A stretch of DNA of 64,000 bases from an uncultured Verrucomicrobiae bacterium. GTDB lineage: Bacteria; Chlamydiota; Chlamydiia; Chlamydiales; JAFEGQ01. The stretch is taken from positions 1,180,714 through 1,244,713 of the forward strand of contig CAVUAA010000001.1 of NCBI GenBank assembly GCA_963739345.1. Direction: 5' to 3'. The notes under the pieces are model-generated. The model made no database searches. It had not been told where the DNA came from and saw only the letters and a program-made list of their open reading frames with translations. Made by a program: the position numbers and the translations under genes. Of the stretch, positions 57,438 to 64,000 are shown in pieces. Every line of letters starts with the position of its first letter. The first letter of the stretch is position 1.

Positions 57438-58199
57438 TTAGATTCGAAATAGCGAGCTCGCATTGCGAGCGGTGGTGGCGCGCACCTGCTCGACGTCTAC
57501 CCCTTTGGCTGTGGCAATCGTTTGCGCCACTTCGCCGACAAAGGCGGGCTCGTTTCTTTTGCCCCGATGCGATTGGGGAGCGAGGTAAGGCGCATCGGTT
57601 TCAATCAGCAAATGTTCCAGCGGAATTTCTCGAGCGACCTCTCTAAGAGCGTCGCTCTTTTTGAAGGTGATGATGCCCGAGAGGGAGAGGTACCAGTTGC
57701 GGGCAACTACCTGCCGCGCCTCGTTGAGGGTGCCGGTGAAGCAGTGGAGGACACCGCGTACAGGAGGGCCTTCGTCGAGGATGCGGAAGAAGTCAACGAA
57801 TGCGTCACGGCAGTGGATGACGACGGGTAGATCTAGACGACGGGCGAGATCTAGATAGCGACGAAGATACTTCTTCTGAAGCTCGCGCGGGGAGTGCTCA
57901 TAGAAATAGTCGAGGCCGGTCTCACCAATGGCGACGAGAGAGTCGGCATGTTTCTCGACGAGAGGAAAAAAGCTCTCCCCTTCATTGGCAACGTCGTGGG
58001 GTGTGGTGGCGGCGGTGAGGTGGATCCAGGGATGCGCTTTGCGCAGTTTCAGCCCCGTCTCGAGAGTTTTAGCATCGGTACAGATGTTGACGATAGAGGT
58101 GAGGCCCGCTTGCTTAGCACGCGCAATCACCTCATCGCGATCGTCAGCAAACGCCTCATCAGCTAGGTGGCAGTGCGAGTCAATTAAGGCCAATCCCAT
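57438..58199 (-). CDS. tatD: TatD-family metal-dependent hydrolase (YcfH-like)
   Basis: MGLALIDSHCHL, GETGLDY, VIHCRDAF, HCFTG, ETDAPYL motifs. Confidence 0.88.
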   Translation of the reverse strand: MGLALIDSHCHLADEAFADDRDEVIARAKQAGLTSIVNICTDAKTLETGLKLRKAHPWIHLTAATTPHDVANEGESFFPLVEKHADSLVAIGETGLDYFYEHSPRELQKKYLRRYLDLARRLDLPVVIHCRDAFVDFFRILDEGPPVRGVLHCFTGTLNEARQVVARNWYLSLSGIITFKKSDALREVAREIPLEHLLIETDAPYLAPQSHRGKRNEPAFVGEVAQTIATAKGVDVEQVRATTARNASSLFRI

Positions 58200-58327
58200 T
58201 GACTATTCCAACATCTGAGTGCGGCTGGTCTCCCATCCGCTTCGTTGCGCTGCTTCGGCGATGAACACATCGCCTGCATCGCGCGCCTCGCAGCTAGCAG
58301 ACCGCGCCTTCTCAGATGCCGAACTAG

Positions 58328-60424
58328 TCAACGGGGTTGGCCTAGTGCGTGGATCAGTTTGCCGGCGGTGAGCATCTGGGGGAGGATGACCGGCTGGTCT
58401 TCTGGGCCACCGGTGTAGAGGAGGTAGAGGGGGACGCCGTTGCGGCCATGCTTGGCCAGCTCTTCAGTGATCCGAGGATCCCGCTTGGTCCAGTCGGCTT
58501 CCATCATGACAACGCCCCGCTCATTGAACGCGGCGAGCACCTCCGTGCTGGCCATGGCCACCTTGTTGGCCTGACAGATCATGCACCACTTCGCGGTGAA
58601 GTCGACGAAGACAGGAACACCTGCAGCGCGCAGTTGATCAAACTTGTCGGGATCCCACTCCTGCCATCCATTTTCTTCAGAAGCGGTGCGGGCAATCTGG
58701 TTGGGAGGCTCGTTGCTCGCCTGATAGCCGACAAGGCCAGCAAAGGCGACAAGGAGGAGAGTGACGCCATAGGCGACATAGCGGCGGCTACGCTTAACAA
58801 GGGCTGTTCCCCACCGGCCGTAGACCCAGGCGCCAATGCCCATCACTAGAAGAGCGCCAAGCACCTTGATCAGGCCAATGCCCGACTGCACCTGCGCATC
58901 GAAGACCCAGAGGAGCCAGAGGACAGTGGCGAGCATGACAAAGCCCATGAGCTGCTTGAAGACGACCATCCATGGCCCCGGCTTGGGAAGCTTGTTGATG
59001 AGCTTAGGGAAGGCGGCCAGGAGAAGGTAAGGAGAGGCCATCCCGATACCCATCACAGTGAAGGTGAGGAGGGCGGCACTCGGCGGCAAGGTGACCGCAA
59101 CACCCAAGGCTGGAGCTAGGAGGGGACCTGTGCACGGGGTGGCGACCACAGTAGCCAGCACACCGCTAAAGAAGGTAGCCATAGCCCCCTTCTTTCCAGA
59201 GACCTTTCCTCCCAGCTGAGAGAGGGAGGTGCCAAATTCAAAGACACCTAGCAAACTCAATCCTAAAAGGAACATCACCCCGGTCAAAATCATCACAAAG
59301 AGGGGCTCTTGGAGCTGGAAGCCCCAGCCCACCCCTTCGCCATAAGCGCGGAGCACGAGCAGGATAATGGCTAAAATCCAAAATGAAACCACTACTCCAA
59401 GCGTGAATAGGGCGCCGTGTTTAAAAAGTTTTTTACGACTACTTCCCGACATGTTGACGAAGCTCAAAATTTTGAGCGAAATGACTGGAAGGACGCAGGG
59501 CATCAAATTCAAAATTAAACCACCCGCAAAGGCAAGGAGGAGGATCACCCCAAAACTCATGCCGCCAGCTGCCGCAATCGGCTCGGTCGCACCAGGTAGC
59601 GGAGCGTCCAATCCAAGTGGCATGTCGATCTGGAAGGAGGCGAGCACCTCTTTCTCTCCCATCAGGACAAGGACCCCGCTGAGCGCGACAGTGGAATCAA
59701 TCCCCTCTTCCGATGGGACGGCGAGGGTGAAGCCTGTAGCCGTCTTAGTCACCTCTTGGGCTGCGCTATAGTCAAATACCCCGTCCAATCCTGGATCTGG
59801 GAAGAAATAGGCGCTCTCGACCTTGGTGCCAGCAGTCTTGACATCGAGGAGGACCTTGTCCCCATCATGCGTAGCTGCAACGGCTTGTGTAGCTGCGGGG
59901 ATATGGTCTCGAGCTGTTGCAAACAGCTCAGTGTGCTGGGGATCTGCTTTGGGGGCCTGAGTCAGGACGGGGATTGAGAGCTTCTTCTCTGCACCACCCG
60001 GCACACAGCTATCGTTACAGACAACCCAGCGAGCTGAGAGGCCAATATCTATCGCCTCCGCCTCAATCGCCTCAGGAGTGGTGATCTTCGCTAGAAGGGT
60101 AAGCGAACGCTCGTAGCCGTAGCCCACGAGGCCGCTAGACTCAAACCTCTGAGGATGAGGCCATTGCACATCGGCAACCTCAAACCCTTTAGGAAGATCC
60201 CAGTCGAGCTGAGGGGCGAGGCCTGCCTCACCCGGATTCTTCCAATAGACGTGCCACCCCTCTTCCATCTCCAGGCGGGCGGCCACCCAAATGGGCTCTC
60301 CAGCCTGAACTGACTGATGCTCAGCAGCTAACTCCAGCTGAACCGGGTGAGCAGGGGCCTCCTCTTGCGCTGCCAAAGGCAGCACTGCGACGAGAGCACC
60401 AACTAGGAAGTAACGTAGCTTCAT
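58328..60424 (-). CDS. dsbD: Thiol:disulfide interchange protein DsbD (N-terminal DsbD-alpha, TM core, C-terminal thioredoxin)
   Basis: 698 aa. TM-core Cys motifs LNLMPCVLPV and VATPCTGPL, C-terminal FTAKWCMICQ. Confidence 0.85.
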   Translation of the reverse strand: MKLRYFLVGALVAVLPLAAQEEAPAHPVQLELAAEHQSVQAGEPIWVAARLEMEEGWHVYWKNPGEAGLAPQLDWDLPKGFEVADVQWPHPQRFESSGLVGYGYERSLTLLAKITTPEAIEAEAIDIGLSARWVVCNDSCVPGGAEKKLSIPVLTQAPKADPQHTELFATARDHIPAATQAVAATHDGDKVLLDVKTAGTKVESAYFFPDPGLDGVFDYSAAQEVTKTATGFTLAVPSEEGIDSTVALSGVLVLMGEKEVLASFQIDMPLGLDAPLPGATEPIAAAGGMSFGVILLLAFAGGLILNLMPCVLPVISLKILSFVNMSGSSRKKLFKHGALFTLGVVVSFWILAIILLVLRAYGEGVGWGFQLQEPLFVMILTGVMFLLGLSLLGVFEFGTSLSQLGGKVSGKKGAMATFFSGVLATVVATPCTGPLLAPALGVAVTLPPSAALLTFTVMGIGMASPYLLLAAFPKLINKLPKPGPWMVVFKQLMGFVMLATVLWLLWVFDAQVQSGIGLIKVLGALLVMGIGAWVYGRWGTALVKRSRRYVAYGVTLLLVAFAGLVGYQASNEPPNQIARTASEENGWQEWDPDKFDQLRAAGVPVFVDFTAKWCMICQANKVAMASTEVLAAFNERGVVMMEADWTKRDPRITEELAKHGRNGVPLYLLYTGGPEDQPVILPQMLTAGKLIHALGQPR

Positions 60425-60500
60425 ATCTTTAGCCCCTTGACACTAGAACCGTCCAGTGCGAACATACCCCTGATAACCAATTTCAGCAATTACTATATAC

Positions 60501-61175
60501 ATGCACCTATTAGCAAGCAACCCATTTTTCAGTTCATTCGGACAGTCAGATTTGTTCGGTAAATTCATTTTTTTAACACTTTTCTTCATTTCAATAGCTT
60601 CTTGGAGTTTACTCATTCACAAGATTCGGGCCGCTCGAGCTATCCGAAAAAAATCGTCCGAACTAAATAACATTTTTGAATCCTTCAAACACACACCCCT
60701 CTCCGTTCAGCTCCCATCGGGCAATCCATTTTCAAATTTATACTACACGCTCAAGAAGAACGCAGGAGAAGTCCTGAGTAAAAATCAAGCTAACTACCTA
60801 TCGAACTCAGATATCGACCTCGTCTCCTCCCACGTCGAAACGACAATCGCCACTGAAGCTCAAAACTTAGAGCGACACCTTTATATACTCCCCACCACTG
60901 TGAGCCTCGCCCCCTTCCTTGGCCTCCTTGGAACCGTGTGGGGCATCTTACTCGTCCTAGCAGAACTCGAGGGACACAGCGCCGGCGCCTCGTTAAGCGG
61001 CATCTCGATGGCGCTCGGCACCACAGTGCTCGGCCTTCTCGTCGCCATCCCTCCTCTCATCGGCTACAACTACCTCAAATCGGTCATCCGCGACTACCGG
61101 GTGGAGATGCACAATTTCGCCACCACCGCTTTAGCCGCCGTCGAACTTCAATATCGCAAAGTGGATGTAGACTAG
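60501..61175 (+). CDS. tolQ: MotA/TolQ/ExbB proton-channel protein
   Basis: 224 aa, 3 TM. LGLLGTVWGIL...MALGTTVLGLLVAIP motif. Confidence 0.85.
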   Translation: MHLLASNPFFSSFGQSDLFGKFIFLTLFFISIASWSLLIHKIRAARAIRKKSSELNNIFESFKHTPLSVQLPSGNPFSNLYYTLKKNAGEVLSKNQANYLSNSDIDLVSSHVETTIATEAQNLERHLYILPTTVSLAPFLGLLGTVWGILLVLAELEGHSAGASLSGISMALGTTVLGLLVAIPPLIGYNYLKSVIRDYRVEMHNFATTALAAVELQYRKVDVD

Positions 61176-61585
61176 TGCGCCGACTCACCTGGGAAGAATC
61201 ACCTGACGCAGAGATCAATCTCACTCCCCTATTGGACGTCGTCTTCGTCGTCCTCATCATGTTCATCGTGGTGGTCCCCATTCTCGAGCTCGACAAAGTG
61301 GCGCTAGCTCCCGGAAAGATCGATCAAGAGCAAGTCGTCGGCGCTCGGGGGAGCTCGCCGGTCGCCATCCACGTCCGTCACGATGGCACCGTCTGGTTGG
61401 GGAAACGGCAGGTGGGGGTTGAGCGGCTCACCGAAGTGATGCGAGCGCTCCACACCAAGTTTCCCGACGAAGCGCCGCAGCTCTTCTGCGACAAGCGAGC
61501 CCCTTTTGGCACCTATCAGATTGTGAAAAACGCCGTCGAGGCGGCCGGGTATGAAGAGTTAGATGTTGTTCTCCAACCGACCTAA
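61175..61585 (+). CDS. tolR: ExbD/TolR biopolymer transport protein
   Basis: GTG at 61175 overlaps the tolQ TAG by 1 nt. [21 protein letters not shown]. The ORF-track N-terminal extension from 60938 overlaps tolQ and is rejected. Confidence 0.8.
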   Translation: MRRLTWEESPDAEINLTPLLDVVFVVLIMFIVVVPILELDKVALAPGKIDQEQVVGARGSSPVAIHVRHDGTVWLGKRQVGVERLTEVMRALHTKFPDEAPQLFCDKRAPFGTYQIVKNAVEAAGYEELDVVLQPT

Positions 61586-62240
61586 AGTTCTGGTAGCCGC
61601 CGTCGCAGCTGCCCACCTGCTCGCTCTTCTGGTCTTTGTTATCTCCAAGACACCACCTCCCATCCAGAAAGCACCGACGCAGTTTGTCGTCCACACGGTG
61701 AAACTCAAGCCGCCACCTCCGAAACCGAAACCTCAACCAGCACCCCAACCCGTTGTCGTCGCTACGCCAGAGCCTAAACCCAAACCAGCACCAAAGCCGT
61801 CACCCAAACCCAAGCCGGTCGTCGTCGCCGCGAAAAAACCGACACCAAAATCCAAACCAAAACCACAGTCTAAGACGAAACCACAACCCCCAAATAATCG
61901 ACTTGCAAAGCTTGTACAGGAGGCGCAAGATAAGTTGTCAAAAGTTGATGAAAAGGTGAAGCATACGCCGGTGGCAATCGACCAGAGTTCGTATGAAAAG
62001 GAGCTGGCCGAACGACTCCGCCTCCTTCTCAAGCTACCTGAGTGGGGAAGCGTCCGAGTCGCGCTCACCCTTAACCGCAGCGGAGCAGTTTGTGGAGTGA
62101 AGATCCTAAATGCGCAGAATGAGGCCAACAGCGACTACGTTGCCGACCGCCTCACCGGACGGACGCTAGCTCCCTTTGACAAGCACTTTTCTGGCGAACA
62201 ACAACACACCTTCACCCTAACGCTAAACAATGAGCTCTGA
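61563..62240 (+). CDS. TolA/TonB-like protein (N-terminal TM anchor, Pro/Lys-rich spacer, small C-terminal domain)
   Basis: [19 protein letters not shown] anchor, [14 protein letters not shown]...[13 protein letters not shown] spacer. Position between tolR and tolB. Confidence 0.6.
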   Translation: MLFSNRPKVLVAAVAAAHLLALLVFVISKTPPPIQKAPTQFVVHTVKLKPPPPKPKPQPAPQPVVVATPEPKPKPAPKPSPKPKPVVVAAKKPTPKSKPKPQSKTKPQPPNNRLAKLVQEAQDKLSKVDEKVKHTPVAIDQSSYEKELAERLRLLLKLPEWGSVRVALTLNRSGAVCGVKILNAQNEANSDYVADRLTGRTLAPFDKHFSGEQQHTFTLTLNNEL

Positions 62241-63589
62241 TGATTAAGCAAACCCTCCTTCTCCTCTTCCTCCCCGTCGCTCTCTTCGCCAACGACATTA
62301 CCATTAAACTGGCGACCGAGAAGCAACTCCTCCCCGTCTACGTCGCCTCGTGGACAGCTGGCAAGAGGGACCCCGCGCTAAACAACAACCACCTCCGCGA
62401 GCTCCATCGCCTACTGCAGTTCGATCTCAACTACAATGGCCGGACCGAGGTAGCCTCGTCGAATCCCGAACGGAAGGCGCAGGTGGCCAACGAGCGGATG
62501 GACGGCCGCCCCAATGCCGAGGCTTGGCGCAATTTGAGCATCGCCTATCTCGTCCGCGGCCATGTGAGTGGAAGTACTCTCGCCATCAAGGTGTTCTCCA
62601 CATCAAGTGACTCCAACGTCGGCGTCTATGAAGTGCCCCTTTCCGGCGAGGTGGCAGTCGATCGGCAGCGGGTCCATCAGCTCTCCGACACCGTCCATCG
62701 CGCTCTCTTTGGGACGCCCGGCATCGCCAGCAGCCGCATCCTCTACACCGTGAAGGACAAAACAGCCGGTGGAGAGCAGCCGCGCGCCGAGGTGTGGATT
62801 GCCGACTATGATGGTTCGGGACCAAAACAGTTGACCCATGACGGTGACTTCACCGTCACCCCCCTCTTCCTCCCTCCGGCTGAGGGAAAAAGAAGCGGCG
62901 CCTACTTCTACGTCTCGTACAAGACCGGCCAGCCAAAAATCTACCTCTCCTCCCTCGACAACAATCACGCTAGGCCGCTCACCACTCTTAAGGGCAATCA
63001 GCTGATGCCAAACATCTCTAAGGATCAGCACCAGATCGCCTTTGTTAGCGATGCCGCCGGCAACCCCGACCTCTTTCTCCTTTCCTTCAACCCCGAAACG
63101 GGAGCACAGGGAAAACCCCGACAGATCTTTTCACAGAGAGCGAGCGCCCAAGCCTCCCCCTCCTTCAGCCCCGACGGCACCCGCCTCGCCTTCGTCTCCA
63201 ACAAAGATGGCACGCCGCGCATCTACATCTTAGAGCTTCCCGCCCCTGGCCAAAAACCAACTGGCGAGCCCCACCTGATCACCCGTCGCAACCGGGACAA
63301 CACCGCCCCCTCCTGGTCGCCCGACGGCAAAAGGATTGCCTACAGCTCCATGACCCACGGAGTGCGGCAAATTTGGATCTATGAGACCGCAACCGGCGAG
63401 GAGTGGCAGCTCACCCACGGCACCTCTGGCAAAGAAAATCCATCTTGGGCCCCCAACAGCCTCCACCTCGTCTTCAACTCCGCCACCCCTTCTGGCTCCG
63501 AGCTCTACATGGTCAACCTCAACCAGCCCAAAGCGGTCCGCCTCACCTCCGGCCCCGGCGAAAAACGTTTTCCCTCTTGGGAAAAATAG
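62240..63589 (+). CDS. tolB: TolB periplasmic beta-propeller protein
   Basis: 449 aa, signal peptide, repeated S(F/W)SPDG(T/K)R(L/I)A(F/Y) blades. Confidence 0.85.
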   Translation: MIKQTLLLLFLPVALFANDITIKLATEKQLLPVYVASWTAGKRDPALNNNHLRELHRLLQFDLNYNGRTEVASSNPERKAQVANERMDGRPNAEAWRNLSIAYLVRGHVSGSTLAIKVFSTSSDSNVGVYEVPLSGEVAVDRQRVHQLSDTVHRALFGTPGIASSRILYTVKDKTAGGEQPRAEVWIADYDGSGPKQLTHDGDFTVTPLFLPPAEGKRSGAYFYVSYKTGQPKIYLSSLDNNHARPLTTLKGNQLMPNISKDQHQIAFVSDAAGNPDLFLLSFNPETGAQGKPRQIFSQRASAQASPSFSPDGTRLAFVSNKDGTPRIYILELPAPGQKPTGEPHLITRRNRDNTAPSWSPDGKRIAYSSMTHGVRQIWIYETATGEEWQLTHGTSGKENPSWAPNSLHLVFNSATPSGSELYMVNLNQPKAVRLTSGPGEKRFPSWEK

Positions 63590-63597
63590 ACCCACCA

Positions 63598-63632
63598 GTG
63601 TACCGATCGGGGCCTGGCCCCGATCGGTACAC
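63598..63632. repeat. GGGGCC(A/T)GGCCCC-core palindromic hairpin, copy 3
   Basis: GTGTACCGATCGGGGCC-T-GGCCCCGATCGGTACAC. Same arms as copy 1 with a compensatory T-A to C-G change. Confidence 0.8.
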
Positions 63633-63699
63633 ACCCCAAAAAGCCTATGGCAAATAATGGGTCAGCGGGTTACAACGGGGGACAAAATCGGAGGATCGT

Positions 63700-64000
63700 A
63701 TGAGAAGAAGTTTGCTTGTTGTGTTGGCGGTAGCGTGTGTGGCGTTACCTGGTTGTCGTCGGTCGGGCGGCGAGGTGTGGCAAGATACCAAATCGTGCGG
63801 GAAACATGTGAAAATGGGTTTTTTCTCGCTGTTTGGAAAACACCCAGCGCAGGAGCGAATGGCTAAACGGGGTCCCTCTTCAGAGGAATCGGACTTCGTC
63901 CCACTGCACGACGAAGACCTGTATAGCCGAGTGATGGTGGGCGAGATCGATGCCGATACGGCAATTCCCCAATCAGGACTCGCTTTGGGAAGAGACCTAC
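63700..64000 (+). CDS. pal: Putative peptidoglycan-associated lipoprotein Pal, N-terminal part (runs off the right edge)
   Basis: GGAGGA then ATG at 63700. MRRSLLVVLAVACVALPGC lipobox. Position after tolB. The OmpA-like domain would lie beyond the window. Confidence 0.5.
   Translation, partial: MRRSLLVVLAVACVALPGCRRSGGEVWQDTKSCGKHVKMGFFSLFGKHPAQERMAKRGPSSEESDFVPLHDEDLYSRVMVGEIDADTAIPQSGLALGRDL

Noticed and set aside
61680-61880. Repetitive CCNAAACC-type DNA in the tolA-like gene as a tandem-repeat or CRISPR-like array
   Set aside because: It encodes the Pro/Lys-rich periplasm-spanning linker typical of TolA/TonB proteins. It has no regular repeat-spacer periodicity.

Overview
64-kb chromosomal segment that looks like a Chlamydiota-like (PVC) intracellular bacterium. 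This is judged only from gene content and order. sdhC-sdhA-sdhB / tatD / dsbD / tolQ-tolR-tolA-like-tolB-pal lie in the order I recall for the Chlamydia trachomatis CT591-CT600 block. There is an rpsL-rpsG-fusA-rpsJ operon without tuf, a TLC/NTT nucleotide transporter, kdsD and lpxK. Accessory candidate effectors include a YopT-type C58 protease, a Fic protein, an ankyrin protein and two-TM Inc-like proteins. I call roughly 65 protein genes and 2 tRNAs (Ser-GGA, Phe-GAA). I saw no rRNA, CRISPR array, transposase or phage gene. Main points of interest: (1) A compact precursor / DUF692 (MNIO) / DUF2063 / DoxX operon at 7568-9917. Its secreted Cys-rich precursor carries tandem DEGSCGEGTCG repeats, which fits a bufferin/oxazolin (HvfA-like) RiPP metallophore cluster in an unexpected lineage. 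(2) A family of about 160-nt rod-forming intergenic elements with at least four copies (1011-1174, 28864-29022, 32881-33044, 40368-40525) plus a minimal hairpin at 49430-49472. They show compensatory changes and strand-specific G-T wobble, so they are candidate structured ncRNAs. (3) rpsG and fusA are broken by about 20 single-base indels and one in-frame TAA, while every other gene in the window is intact. (4) A perfect 64-bp palindrome at 40593-40656, a duplicated 39-bp compound palindrome, and a GGGGCC(A/T)GGCCCC hairpin family. (5) A secreted vanadium-haloperoxidase-like enzyme in an operon with a beta-barrel protein. All homology calls rest on motif recognition by eye. No searches were run.
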